Assembly: GCA_951406725.2 (NCBI GenBank)
Contig: OX597821.1
Coordinates: 54,498,001-54,562,000, forward strand
Direction of reading: 5' to 3'
Length of the DNA stretch: 64,000 nucleotides
Source of the DNA: Octopus vulgaris
Lineage: Eukaryota
Shown: one piece after another, positions 13,010 to 25,581 of the stretch
How the letters are laid out: each line of letters opens with the position of its first letter
Position numbering within the stretch: the stretch's first letter is position 1
Position numbers and translations under genes: made by a program
The notes under the pieces: model-generated
What the model was told of the DNA's origin: nothing
Databases searched by the model: none
Seen by the model: the letters and a program-made list of their open reading frames with translations, nothing else

Positions 13010-13810
13010 TAGGGCTAAATAGAATGTAGATATGTATTCCTATCAAACAGGAATTTATGCCTACAGTTTGTTGTGAAATCTTACATAACAGTGCAACAGT
13101 AGCATTGGCTGTCTATTAGCTATGGTAGCAGTGTGCATACCCTAAGAGGTCTAGCCAAGCCACAAAGATACTGGGAAAACAACCTTATGGAAAAACCATC
13201 TCGGGGAGATAGGCACAGTCAATCTGCTAGAAGTTGAAAGCTAGCTTCATTGGAGAGGAAGTGTCAGCCTGCCCACCCAGTGGCATCATAAAAAGGCTAA
13301 ATCAAAGCAAAAAGATGCATTTCTGTCCCCTGCAGATTAGTCAAATCACTCTACAGTGGCAAAGCAAAGTGTGAGTGATCAGTGGTTAGTAAGAATCTCA
13401 GTACCCACAAGTCACCAAAGAATCACTTATCTACTTCTTTGACTCTCTATTGAGCTATGGGTACATATCTACAAGGAAAACCCACGTAACCCATCTAATG
13501 GAGTGGAATTTTAAGATCAAATGCGATATGTTAAGATTCTGTGAAATATGTTGAATGGAAGAAATAAATGCAAGATGAATGAACAGTTGTATCATGAGAG
13601 TAGGAAATGCAGAAGGTGCAAGAGCAACAGGTGGCTTGGTTTTCATTGTAAGTAAGGAATGAATTTTGAAAATTAAATCCAGGAATTTATATTTATTGCA
13701 TATCAAAGTGCTTGACATTCTCCTCTCCGGAAAAGCCAGACTCTAGACCATTCAAGCTTATCTTCCCACATGAAATATCAAGGACAATGAAGTGGAGAAA
13801 TTCAATCAAA
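13010..13810 (+). pseudogene. RTE-clade LINE 5' region with AP-endonuclease remnant
   Basis: KIKCDMLRFCEIC*MEE..RVGNAEGARATGGLVFIVSKE*..IKVLDILLSGKARL*TIQAYLPT*NIKDNEVEKF at ~13500-13805 resembles RTE APE (GGVGFIV...IIQVYAPT...EVE.FY). Confidence 0.7.
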
Positions 13811-14977
13811 CCTGGACAAAACACAAAGTTACAAATTCGTGTATGCCATTGAGAAAGTTTTTTAGCCTCTACCATGCTAAGTAAATGTTTTTCTTTTTCA
13901 TTTCTCTTTCCATATCTAAATTTTCCATCATGTTTCTCACTTTGCCATACTTTTGTTAAATTCTGCCTTCTCATCTAGAACAGTGATTTTCAAATGGTAT
14001 GCTGTAATGTGAATCTAGCTGAACTGTGGAGTGAGTTTTAGAAATTATAATTCTTTAGAAAATTCAAGCAATAATGCAGGTGTGTCATGACAAATATGCT
14101 TTTGACCATTTTGTTTATATATGTATAATTAATAAGAAAAGTTATACCATTGTTTACTGGATTTGTTTCTAAATTTTTAACTTCAAAATTCTTGGTGCAT
14201 ACTCAGTGGGTAACTGTCGTAACTTCTTGATTAAGTTATTTTAAGGCAGGCTTAGACATTTGAAATTCAAATCAAAGAGTAAAAATGACGGTGTACAGAA
14301 TATATACATTTAATTCTTCTTCCTATACATTTCTAAGAACATAAAATTTCTACATATTGATAGCTATATATAGTGTTATTTTATCTCTTTCATCCTTCAG
14401 CACCGAATAACATGAGGCAAATTATTTAAGCTAAATTAAACATTTTACAAAGTTAGATAATTCTTATGAAGAGAAAATTATTTTGAAGTGTTGTTTTCCC
14501 CCTTGTTCTCATCATATGTTGTTAATTGTTCAACAAATGAGTGCTGAGCAAAAGAACTGCACCAACAATTTTTAACATTCCATAAAAAGTATACCAATAA
14601 TTTTGAAAATTTCAAGTGAGGTGTACCATTAATATTTTGCTTGATCTCCAGTGTTTTATATAAAGTCAATCAGAGAGAATCACAGTTCAAGACACTTCAC
14701 TTTTATATTTAGGTGTGCAGAAACTAGAATAGTCAAAGACAGCAAAATGAAGAGGAAAAATGGTAAATATTTCAACTTCTACTTCATTTTTTTTTTTTTT
14801 GGCTTATTGTTTTAGGTGCCTCTGTAGGCATGAGCCTATATATAGAAACTCTTTTGCAGCCTACTCACTCTAAATCCAGTGGAACATCTTAGAGGGAAGG
14901 CTACACCAACACTAAGCTGGCACTCACTTTCAGTTTAGAACAGAAGAGTAATATGAAATAACATGGCTAGCTTAAGG

Positions 14978-15008
<31 letters not shown>

Positions 15009-15286
15009 CAAAGTGGAGTTGTAGGGTACCGCACGAGTGGAATTATATACGAAAGAAGGTTTGAAAATGCAAATTGCTACATTACATATATACAGTCTTT
15101 GGTAACAAGGACATTTTAAGGACATAAAAAAGCTTAACAAGTTATATATGTAATGTAGCAATTTGTAACAACCAATAATTAACGCAACCAAACTTCTACA
15201 TGTTACTTTAGACAATATTTTTCCAAAGAGTGAAACCGGTAAAGTAAATAAAAATCTTTTAAAATTGCATTTTCAAACATTCTTTG

Positions 15287-15327
<41 letters not shown>

Positions 15328-15840
15328 TACATACATACATACATACATACATACATACATTTATGTATTTGCGGTCATATTTTTGCCAATTAACCACATG
15401 CACTATATACTTGTTCTTCACTTCAACCTTTATCATTAGTCTTATTTTAGTGTCCTCTCTCTGAAATCTCACATCACACGTCCTGTGACCTCTTCCATGA
15501 CTCTCCATCCCATATGTCTCCTCCTTTTCTGTTTATATAACTATTCCTAAATATAACAACATATATTACTCTTTTACTCTTACTCTTTTACTTGTTTCAA
15601 TCATTTAACTGTGGCCATGCAGGAGCACTGCCTTTAGTCGAGCAAATCGCCCCCAGGACTTATTCTTTGTAAGCCTAGTACTTATTCTATCGGCCTCTTT
15701 TGCCGAACTACTAAGTTACAGGGACGTAAACACACCAGCATCGGTTGTCAAGCGATGTTGGGGGGACAAACACAGGCACACAAATATATACACACACATA
15801 TATACATACATACATATATATATACATATATATATATATA

Positions 15841-16040
15841 GTTAATCCAAACATGAAAGCACAAAGAAAAATACAACAACGCGAGGACATGGAACAAATA
15901 TAGTATTATTGGACGCTCAGGAAAGAAGGAGGGTTTAACGTTTCGAGTGGAGCTCTTCGTCAGAAACATTGGAGAAGGAAAGATCCAGAGAAGGGAAGAC
16001 AGAGGAAAATAAAATCGCCAACAGTACACACACAGTCACA
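15841..16040 (-). mobile_element. Short non-coding Penelope-like/retrozyme-like fragment (HHR family A)
   Basis: ~200 bp between TA tracts; reverse-complement homologue of 55969-56169; carries an HHR. Confidence 0.7.
15933..15967 (-). ncRNA. Minimal type I hammerhead ribozyme motif
   Basis: GUUU-CUGACGA-A-GAG(CUCCA)CUC-GAAAC-GUU-AAAC: stem I GUUU/AAAC, intact core, palindromic minimal helix III. Confidence 0.75.
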
Positions 16041-16406
16041 TATATACATATATAAGATGGGCTTCTTTCAGTTTCTGTCTACCAAATCCACACACAAGGC
16101 TTTGGTCAGCCCGAGGCTATAGTAGAAGACACTTGCCCAAGGTGCCATGCAGTGGGACTGAACCTGGAACCATGTGGCTGGTAAGCAAGCTACTTACCAC
16201 ATAGCAACTCCTGCACCTGTGAATTTACTGTTTAAAACCAGGAAACTGTGGTATTCATTTTGAGTAAGCATCTTGTATAGACATATAGTGCTAAAAAGTA
16301 CAAATTTGTCTCCCAGCATATAATTGCTAGTGGGGACTTGCTAATGATGAAGCAGAAATCTGAATTCAGTAACTCCACTGCTTTCCCTCTGTTACTGATG
16401 TCATTC

Positions 16407-16505
16407 TGTGCTTTTTAGCACTATACATCTATACAAGATATTTTCTTGAGACAAATATTCTGTGCATTTTAGCACTATAAAAGATATCTTCTTGAGACAA
16501 ATATT
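16407..16505. repeat. Imperfect tandem duplication (~50 bp)
   Basis: CTGTGC(T/A)TTTTAGCACTATA...AGATAT(T/C)TTCTTGAGACAAATATT occurs twice. Confidence 0.8.
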
Positions 16506-17269
16506 GCAGTTTTCTGGCTTTCAACACCCCATATCCACATTGAGTAAGATATATAGGAATTGCAGGTGTGTGTGTTTGTATGTGTGTATTTATCTAAGTA
16601 TATGCATATATTCATACATACAAACACACATATACACATACTGGAACACATCCACATACATGCACACATGTATATACATAGTTACATATGAATACGCACA
16701 CACAAAGCCGCATATGTGCTGCTAGAGGCTATATAGCAGAAATAAGAAATGTTCTAATAATGTTACATTTTTACAAAGGAAGAAACAAAAAAAAAAATGA
16801 TAGTTCTTAATGAGAATTGTGAATAAGTCTGCAAGGAAGTTAAATTATACATAATTGAAAATAAATGCATTGCTTTATTCTGTTACATAATAAAGGAAAA
16901 TTTTTTAAGGAACTTGATTTAAATTTACAATTATTATTATTACTATTATTATTACTATTATTGTTATTATTATTGTTGTTGTTGTTCTTATATTGTGCAT
17001 AAGTTGAAGAATAATTGGAGATTGTTTCATTAGAATATCTAAGGCCTAACTGAAGTAACCAAGTGGCCATTTTATTTCTTGTGATAAATAGAAGTATATT
17101 AGTTAACACCTGTTGAAATAAATATGAGTCTTGTCTTGAATGTGGAGAGAATTGTCATTTGTAATAAATGTTAATGAATGAAGTAGTAGTAATTTGAGAA
17201 AACAACAGCTATAATGATAAAAGCAATAGTAGAGAATGTAGTACTAACATTAGCAGTATCATTACTATC

Positions 17270-17298
<29 letters not shown>

Positions 17299-17333
<35 letters not shown>

Positions 17334-18489
17334 CTTTGACTGTCTGTCTCTCTGTTCCCTATGCATTCTCAAACAGCTCCACCAAATCAAATTTTATAGG
17401 GTAAAAGTATTAGTAATTTTTATTTTCATTTCAATTAAAACAATATAACATTTTATCTAAAATAATTTTTCTAAAGTCAACTATAGTAAAGGACATTATA
17501 TACCACAACGACGATGGCACCACATTTTGTTTATGATTGTGTATGTGTGTGTGTGCCTTCCTTATGTATGACATAGTAAAGGATATTTTATACCATGATG
17601 ACAACACATTTTTTATATAAATGTGTATGCGTCCGTGAGTGTGTGTTTGTGCATTCGTTATGTAAATGTATGTCTGTGTGTGTCTGTCTTAGTATATATA
17701 TGTGAGTGTATATGAGAGTGTATATATGTGTCAAGGTATGTGAAAGGGCTATACTGGCTCCAACTAAAGAAATTGTCGATAAACTCAATCATGAACTTCT
17801 TCAAAAGTTAACAGATACATCAGAAATAACTTTCCATCAATTCACTCAACAGTCGATCGAGATCAGGCTGTTCAATACCCTATTGAATTTCTGAACGCTC
17901 GTAAATCCACTGGGATGCCTCCACATAACTTGATACTGAAGCCGGATGCTCCCATTATGTTGTTTAGAAATTTTGACCCACTGTGCCTGTGTAATAGATC
18001 ACACTTAATTCTTACTTCCATGAAGCCCCATGTCCTATGGGCAACAATCATAACAGGTAGTCACGAAGAAGAAAATGTCTTTATTTCAAAATTTCCTCTC
18101 ATACCTACAGATGTTCCATTTGAATTTAAGAGGCTTCAGTTTCCAGTCAAACTAAGTTTTGGCATTTCAACGTAGTTGGACTTCATCTCTCTACTACATG
18201 CTTCTCCCATGGTCAACTTTATATTGGTTGCTCATGAGTTCGAAGCAGCAACAAGTTATTCATTTGGACACCAACAAAAAATTACACAATGAATATTGTT
18301 TAAACTGAGGTGCTACAAGATTGACAAATTTTCAGTTCTAAATTCTATTATCATTACAATTTGGATATTTTAAAATAAAATATAGATATTTTGAAATAAT
18401 TATGGGAAAATAATATACCTTCATATTTATTGTTTACTAATCTGAATAAGAACAGCAGTAACCTGGGCAATACTGGGTAATTCAGTTAG
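17299..18489 (+). mobile_element. Helitron remnant with PIF1-like helicase C-terminus
   Basis: CERAILAPTKE..AVQYPIEFLN..GMPPHNLILKPDAPIMLFRNFDP..PLIPTDVPFEFKRLQFPVKLSF..FSHGQLYIGCS*V..MNIV*TEVL (17738-18323); 3' hairpin ACCTGGGCAATACTGGGT followed by a degenerate CTAG (TTAG). Confidence 0.9.
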
Positions 18490-18987
18490 TTAGTTATATG
18501 ACTGGCAACAGATGGAAAAAGTAGTATTTGTATTACTAGCAACAATTGTGTTGTAGTAGTGGTAGAATGGAGAAAGTGTCAGTAACAGTAACAATTCCAG
18601 TATGAATACCCTTAGCATCCATTGTGTAAAGCCTTTGGGTGTGAGGAAATATTTTGGTTTATTAACACAGAATTATAACACTCACTACACGCTGCTGTGT
18701 AGTGAGCACTTGATGTTTTTACATGGAAACACAAAGAAATTTTACTCACCACATACATATATATTATCTAATAGCTTGATTGCCATAACGTTTTATTATT
18801 ACTAGTAGTTTCACCCTTCAAATGGTGACTTGGATAATGGCTGTAAATTCATATTGACATTAATTTTGAACAGAAGAGCTATACATCATTTAATATAGAC
18901 TCTGCATTGTAGCACTGGGTTTTCATTTGGTTATCTTCACACACACACACGCACACACATACACATATATACATACATATATATATA

Positions 18988-19530
18988 TACGAGGTCTGAT
19001 CAATAAGTATCCGGACTGTTGCCATAGTAATGAAACTAAAGCAAGCAGAGTGAAGCTGCTTGACACAGATTGGGAGCATTCCATTTTCTCTGCCAGTTCA
19101 CTTCTAATTTGATGAGAATTTTTGTTCAAAAGTTGGTTTAATCGCTCTTCATCAAACTCAACTGGACAGCCAGAACAATGTGCGACTTTGAGGTCAAAAT
19201 TTCCATTTTTGAACTTGGCATACCAATCACATGCAGTTCTTTCAGCTATGGCACCCTCTCCATACACAGCACAAATGTTGTGAGCAGCTTTTGCGGCCTT
19301 AGAACCTTGATTAGAAGCAAAAACAAGGAGGTATCAAAAATGCTCGTTTTTCTCAACTTGACATTCCATTTTAATGATTTGAAAATAAACAAAAATTAAC
19401 TAAAATTAACCAGAAAAAAAAAATAGATTCCAAAATGATTCAAAAATAGAATTCTCGAAAAAAATGGTTCCAAAATTTAAAAACACAATAAATTCAAAAA
19501 AAGCGGCGGGAACTTAGTTGCCAACCCAAT
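18988..19530 (-). mobile_element. mariner transposon 5' half (HTH region), abutting a TIR fragment of a second mariner
   Basis: MECQVEKNEHF*YLL..NQGSKAAKAAHNICAVYGEGAIAERTACDWYAKFKNGNFDLK..SGCPVEFDEERL; TIR TATTGGGTTGGCAACTAAGTTCCCGCCGC at ~19530-19503; TACGAGGTCTGATCAATAAGTATCCGGACT at 18988. Confidence 0.9.
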
Positions 19531-19858
19531 ACATTATTATCATTGGACAAAAAAAATATTCAAAGTCTTACAGCTGTTTCTGGGATATCACAGGGTATGG
19601 GATATTCCATCATTGGAGACAAATAGAGAAAATGAGGAGGGTATAGATTAATGAAATAACGACATAGAGGACAGGAATAAAGGAATAAGGAGATGAATAA
19701 AGAGAAGAAAAAGGAAAAATTCTTGTCCTGTATGTCATAATTTCATTAATCTATGCCCTTCTTATTTTCCCTATTGGTCTCTGATGATGGAATGTCTGCG
19801 ATATCCCAGAAACAGCTGTAAGACTTTGAATTCTTTTTTCCAATAATAATAATGTATA
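19530..19858. mobile_element. Foldback (inverted-repeat) Penelope-like insertion, HHR family B
   Basis: Arms ~19530-19678 and ~19720-19858 are reverse complements; each contains an HHR-like motif. Confidence 0.75.
19777..19824 (+). ncRNA. Type I hammerhead ribozyme motif
   Basis: GUCU-CUGAUGA-UGGAAUGUC(UGC)GAUAUCCCA-GAAAC-AGCU-GUA-AGAC; helix III is the palindrome ACAGCUGU; cleavage is predicted after GUA. Confidence 0.85.
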
Positions 19859-20094
19859 TGACTTAAGATGTCTGCCGTGTCTTAAAGTTTGTTGTTCTCT
19901 TTAACAATTATATATCCACTACATTGGAAATCTGCAATGGCTCCATAACTAGTGTCTCGGCTATAACTTTGGAGCCCTAGTAATCCGTTACAGCTCTTAC
20001 CTAGCATACTTAGTTGTTTAGATCACCTGAGAGCTAAACCCCTATATTTTGTATATACTTATGTATGTATATATGCGCATAAAAAAATCATTGT

Positions 20095-20390
20095 GATTCA
20101 CCTTCTCGATCATAACATTCTTCCTTAGATCTCTTTTGAGTCTTACATGTGTTATCCTGGTCTCTTCAAACGCTCTCACTCCACACTTTTTTTCGCCATC
20201 CAGCCCGATCTGAAGTAAGGGTTTCTATGTCTTCTGGATCCATTCCAAGTGACTTCATAGTAGTCCTTATGCTCGCCTTAAACCTTTTTTTAGCACTTCC
20301 CCCTGCAAACTCACTATAAAACAGCTGTTTCAGTATGCATTCATCTGTCATTTGAACAATATGGCCACATCCTCTCATTTTGGTTCCTCA
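20095..20390 (-). pseudogene. RTE LINE ORF C-terminal remnant
   Basis: MRGCGHIVQMTDECILKQLFYSEFAGG..KKRFKASIRTTMKSLGM..ETLTSDRAGWR resembles RTE LRWxGHVxRMxDxRLPKQLFYGEL..DRxxWR. Confidence 0.85.
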
Positions 20391-20419
20391 AATATATACA
20401 TATGTATATATATTAAGGA

Positions 20420-20604
20420 TTCTGAAAAAGGCCTGGTTGGAGACCCGACCTTCTGAGTTCTCTTACAAGGCTTAGAAAAACTAAAGAGCCACTGCAATAA
20501 GTGTGTGAATCTGACAGGGAAATATATTGAATAAACTCATAACTAAGTGATCCTCCTCTGTTTTCTTTTACCCAAAACCAAGAACTTTTCAGTATGCCCT
20601 CATA
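20420..20604 (+). mobile_element. mariner 3' end remnant
   Basis: GLEKLKSHCNKCVNLTGKYIE* followed by TIR-like AACTTTTCAGTATGCCCTCATA. Confidence 0.7.
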
Positions 20605-21449
20605 TATCTAGTATTTCTAACAACCCAAGAAACCATATAGAGACTGTACTGTTAAATCGTGGGTTACTTGAAGGTATTTAAATGATAGTGTGTAGAATAT
20701 CGTCTTGTGTAATGATGGAGTGTTTGCAATCAGACCTGGAAAGATGGAAAATGATATCATCCTCTTGGAACTGAAACCAGAATCTATAGAAATAAGAATA
20801 AATAGTTCAAGTATTCAATTTGATACATAACCACATTTACCACTCCATCACCTACCGTGCAATCATTACAGTTTGCTGTTGTTTAGCTCTAAGTCAACAA
20901 GGACCAAGCAAACCGATAATCAAAGCCATTCTAGCCATGAGCAAGACGTCTTTACTTAAGTACCTAGCACTATATTATTGAAAGTGTCCCAGCCTTATTT
21001 AAAAAGAGCTGGATGATATTTGAGGGAAATTTGACTACTATTGCTATAAGGTCTTGTGACCACACTAAAGGCTGCTACTGGTGAACATGAATAATAAAAC
21101 AGTCAGGTAAAAGATTTTGATGGTATAAAACATGATTGGCGATATGACAGAACTTGTGTGATGTTTGGTTACTCAAGGAAATCAACTTTACATAAGCAGA
21201 TCCAATGTTATTTTGAAGGTAAAATGAATTAAAATGAAAACTGACTTGTTTCTACTTTTAGAATGTTTCCTATATTTGATTTTGGCAAGCGTAAAACCAT
21301 TTGTAACATTTTCACTTCATAGGGTTATGTATCCAACACAATGATGTCAGAATTTTCTACATCAATTTTCATTTCTTTTATATTTGCATCCCTTCTTCTT
21401 CCTCCTCCACCTTTTTATTATATATATATCTTTTACAAATATTACATTT

Positions 21450-21725
21450 ATTTCTTTCAGATATGATGAACCAATGGATCTTTTTCTAGAACTGATTTCT
21501 TCTTATAGAATTTATTTTAGGTTTTCTTGTATCATTCATGCAATGAATGTGACCAAGCCAGTTAAGTAGAAAGTTTCTCATCAAGTTATCTAAGAGTGAT
21601 ATATTATGTTGGGTCAGGAACTCCTACTGGGAAGATGTTGCCCTTCTCAGAGACAGTTGTTGAGAATACAATAGCGAAAGAGATGAAAATGATTGAGTAT
21701 CTTGTGTGTGCTGTGATCACACCAA
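21450..21725 (-). pseudogene. Old RTE LINE C-terminal remnant
   Basis: Minus strand ...NHFHLF...LNWLGHIHCMNDTRKPK, the RTE LRWLGH-RM-D-R-PK motif. Confidence 0.65.
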
Positions 21726-21727
21726 CC

Positions 21728-22176
21728 ATCATCATCATCATCATCATCATCGTTTAACGTCCCTTCTCCATGCTAGCATGGGTTGGACGGTTCGACCGGG
21801 GATCTGGGAAGCCAGAAGGCTGCACCAGGCTCCGGTCTTATCTGGCAATGTTTTTACAGCTGGATGCCCTTCCTAACGCCAACCACTCCGTGAGTGTAGT
21901 GGTGCTTTTTACGTGCCACCTGCACTGGTGCTAGGCAAGGCTGGCATCAGCCACGGTCGGATTGGTGCATTTTACGTGCTACCTGCACGGAAGCTAGTCG
22001 AGGCGGCACTGGCTTCGGCCACGATTCGGATGGTGCTTTTTACGTGCCACCGACACGGAAGCCAGTCGAGGTGGCGCTGGCATCGGCCACGATTCGGATA
22101 GTGCTTTTTACGTATCTCCAGTCCAGGGGTCCTGGCATCTGCCGAGTGCCAGTCATAGGATTGGTTCAATTTCGAT
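21728..22176 (-). mobile_element. Young RTE-related SINE with ~66-bp internal tandem repeats and (GAT)n tail
   Basis: CpG-rich; (CAT)n then CGTTTAACGTCC..CCATGCTAGCATGG; repeated GGTGCTTTTTACGTGCCACC units; homologous to 57830-58240. Confidence 0.8.
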
Positions 22177-22204
22177 TGATAATAATAATAATAATAATAT
22201 TAAT

Positions 22205-22332
22205 AATAATAATCCTTCTATTATAGGCATAAGACCTGAAATTTTGTGGATGAAAAGCAAAGTCGATCTCATAGAATTTGAACTCAGAATTTTGTCTGGT
22301 ATGCTAACGATTCTGCCAGTTTGTCACCTTAC
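22205..22332 (-). mobile_element. SINE family 2 copy (internally deleted) between AAT tracts
   Basis: Matches both ends of family 2 (AAGGTGACAAACTGGCAGAATCGTTAGC...TTATGCCTATAATAGAAGGATT). Confidence 0.75.
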
Positions 22333-22654
22333 ATCAACTATTATTATTATTATTTCTCAGGAGCTCCAACAAAGTTTGTGACAAAGAGAAATAATAATGA
22401 TAATAGTTGATGTAATAATGATGATGGGGATAGTAGTCGCTATAATAGAACAGTAATATTAATATTAATAATGTTGGTGATGATAATGATGATCTTTCTC
22501 ATATGGGATCAAACAGATACAAAATAATAGGAATTTTTCTCTGAGTTACAATGGAAAAACAAGTTTATGTGGATAATATAGAGTGTGAAATAAAACATTT
22601 TTACTAAAAGCATAAGTAAGAGAAGTATGGAACATATTTAGAATTTAAATGTAT

Positions 22655-23296
22655 AGGTGCAGGCAGGACTGTGTGGTAAGTAGCTTGCTTACTAACCACA
22701 TGTTTCCAGGTTCAGTCCCACTATGTGGCACCTTGATCAAGTGTTTTCTTCTATAGCTTTGGGCTGACCAAATCCTTATAAGTGGATTTGATAGACAGAA
22801 ACTGAAGGAAGCCCTTCATATATGAGTGTGTGTGTGTGTGTTGTGGGATGACGTCAGCAGCTGGGGAGCTGACTGGAAGAGGAAGGGGCAGGAATTATGC
22901 ACATGCAGGCACGGCAGCATTGGGCCTTTTCGATCGAGGTAGCTGAGCAAGATAGATGTGTGAGCTTGTTGTTAAGGTAGGGGAAAAGCAGCTGCTATTT
23001 CTAGTGTTAGGGAAGGGTGCATTACCACTGAGAGGTCTCCGTCCAGCAAAGAGAAGGTAGGTGTCCTTATTTCAAATCTCTCGCATACACCACACACATG
23101 TGTGTGTGTGTGTGTGTGTGTGCATGTGTACATGTGTACATGTGTGTATGTTTGTGTCTGTGTTTGTTCCCCCACCATTGTTTGACAGCTGATGCTGGTG
23201 TGCTTACGCCCCCGTAACTTAGTGGTTTGGCAAAAGAGACTGATAGAATAAGTACTAGGCTTACAAAGAATAAGTCCTGGGATCAATTTGTTCAAC
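22655..23296 (+). mobile_element. SINE family 1 copy interrupted by a probable solo LTR
   Basis: Family 1 5' and 3' halves flank 22842-23094. Confidence 0.85.
22842..23094. mobile_element. Probable solo LTR inserted in a (TG)n tract
   Basis: GC-richer 253-bp insert with TGTGG...CCACA inverted termini; no clear TSD. Confidence 0.5.
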
Positions 23297-23489
23297 TGTT
23301 GCTTCTGACAAATATTAACAATACAAACACATATATATACACTCATGTTTTGAGTTCTATTTTTCCTGTTTGCTTCTCCAGCCCTCAACCTCAATTCCCC
23401 CACTCCCCCACCCAACCTCAGCCCCACACATAGATAGATAGTTACATCAACATATACACCTATACATTCATACACATGCATTCTCTTTT

Positions 23490-23687
23490 ATTTCTCTTTT
23501 ACTTGTTTCAGTCATTTGACTGCGGCCATGCTGGAGCACCACCTTTATTCGAGCAAATCGACCCCATGACTTATTCTTTGGAAGCCTAGTACTTATTCTA
23601 TCGGTCTCTTTTGCCAAACTGCTAAGTTATGGGAAGGTAAACACACCAGCATCGGTTGTCAAGCGATGTTGGTGGGGACAAACATAT

Positions 23688-23746
<59 letters not shown>

Positions 23747-23919
23747 CATATATACGACGGGTTTCTTTCAGTTTCTGTCTACCAAATCCACTCACAAGGC
23801 TTTGGTCAGCCCGAAGCTATAGTAGAAGACACTTGCCCAAGGTGCCACACAGTGGGAATGAACTCGGAACTATGTGGTTGGTAAGCAAGCTACTTACCAC
23901 ACAGCCACTGTTGTGCCTG
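23490..23919 (-). mobile_element. SINE family 1 copy
   Basis: Full-length match to consensus. Confidence 0.9.
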
Positions 23920-23944
23920 TATATATATATATATATATATACTT

Positions 23945-24170
23945 TCTAAAAAAGCAGCAAAAACATCACAAAAACTGTTACTCAGAGTTTCACGTGCCTG
24001 TTCATCAGACAGTTTTGTTTGGAATCTAAACAAAACTGTCCAACAAACTCTGAGTAACAGTTTTTGTGATATTTTCGCTGCATTTTAATAAAGCATATTA
24101 CTCTACCTCTGGTATTCAAATACCATTTTCTCTACCTTGTTTCACATTTATGAAGATACTCTGGTGTATA
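23945..24170. mobile_element. Foldback Penelope-like insertion, HHR family C
   Basis: Hairpin ~23954-24082 (AAAACATCACAAAAACTGTTACTCAGAGTTT...AAACTCTGAGTAACAGTTTTTGTGATATTTT) flanked by TA tracts. Confidence 0.7.
23974..24013 (-). ncRNA. Type I hammerhead ribozyme motif (weak stem II)
   Basis: ACUGU-CUGAUGA-AC(AGGCAC)GU-GAAAC-UCUGA-GUA-ACAGU; 5-bp stem I and quasi-palindromic helix III ACUC/GAGU. Confidence 0.75.
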
Positions 24171-24448
24171 TATATATAAAAAAAGTTATTTTATTCCCCA
24201 CAGGTAAAAATATAGGAAAAATAGAGGTTGTAGATGCACTGAGAATAGTTTAAAATATTTAAAGCTTTAACCGATTTCACAGTTTACACTGATTTTCAAA
24301 ATTTGAAAGAGAACGACGTGGCTTATATTGCAGCTGTCTTGCTTCTGATTAGCGTGTGAAGCTTACCCTATTTTTATAGGGAGTTCATGGCACAAATTAG
24401 TATATGTTTTGAATGGGATTTGATTGGTAAAGGACAGTCATATATATA

Positions 24449-24533
<85 letters not shown>

Positions 24534-24669
24534 ACACACACACACATGTATGCATGCACACATATTTACATGGAGACAATAAAACACTCAGTTGTTAAAA
24601 CAAGTTACATGTTAAGGAAAGAAGACAGGAAAGATTACTATTCGTTTGATTTGGGTACTCCATGACCCT

Positions 24670-25500
24670 GTTCACATAATCCTTTTTCAATGCAATTGCA
24701 ACCAAATGTATCACTAAGCATTTTTGTCAAACCCTGTTTATTATCTACATTTTCATCCTCTGCCATTTCTTCTTTATTTTCTTGGGGAGGAATTTCGTCG
24801 ACACTTAAAAGAACTTCTACATCTATTTTCGTTGTTTTGCATTGAATGTATTTGTATGAGTTTTTCTTCTATTTCTTTCATATTTTCATCTGTAATTCTT
24901 TTTTCTCTCTTCTCAGAATGAAGATGTTATACTACAGGTTGGTATTATTGGGGCAGAGGGTATTTTCTCATCTATTTCACATCCTGAACCTAAAGATATT
25001 TCCTTCCCTATCACCACAGTTTTGACTGGTAGTGCTGAGGGAAATGATATTTGTTGTTTTTAGCTTGTGCTTTTCTTGTTTTTGCTTAATCTTCCCAGCT
25101 CTTAAGGGAACTCAGCTCTAAAATCATAGTGCCTTCTTCTGAACACAAATCAGGAGTATCTCTGTCACTTGAGGGATCAGTAAGAAATGCAAATCAAGTT
25201 TGATGACCCTGGACTGCTAGGTCACAGGTTACATATTAAGGCTGCTTTGATGACTTTCCCATACTGTGATACAAAAGTGACTACTAACCATGAGTCTACA
25301 CTATATCTAGAGTGTTTTGTTGTCACTCTTATATTTCTTTGACCCACTGAGGCAAAAATGTATAGCCAGAAGTACAATCTGACAATCTCAGCTTCTGCTT
25401 TGATGGTGTTTTCTGTTTTGAAGGTACAGCAAATAGTGCCTTTTTCTGTTGAAATAATTTCTCCAAATATGTCCTGGAGAGCTTGTTGACATTGATATGA
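24670..25500 (-). pseudogene. Possible LINE ORF1 (gag-like) remnant
   Basis: Purine-rich, coding-like minus strand with many stops and a degenerate zinc-knuckle-like LCSEEG...RAEFP near 25110-25150; the assignment is tentative. Confidence 0.3.
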
Positions 25501-25581
25501 GTGAAGATCTAATGTTCTTTTTTTTTATATAAGTAGAAATAAATTATTTTTCTTTTTCCTTTCCTGGATTAACTTCTATAG

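Larger units (their letters stand above)
15568..16219 (-). mobile_element. SINE family 1 copy interrupted in its (TA)n tract by an HHR-bearing element
   Basis: The family 1 consensus resumes on both sides of the 15841-16040 insert. Confidence 0.9.

Noticed and set aside
15010-15287. Insert between TA tracts with GAAACCGGTA and a short inverted repeat
   Set aside because: Probably another Penelope-like fragment, but no CUGANGA core can be read, so it is not called.
21461-21570. Plus-strand acceptor and short ORF
   Set aside because: Explained as the antisense strand of an RTE remnant.
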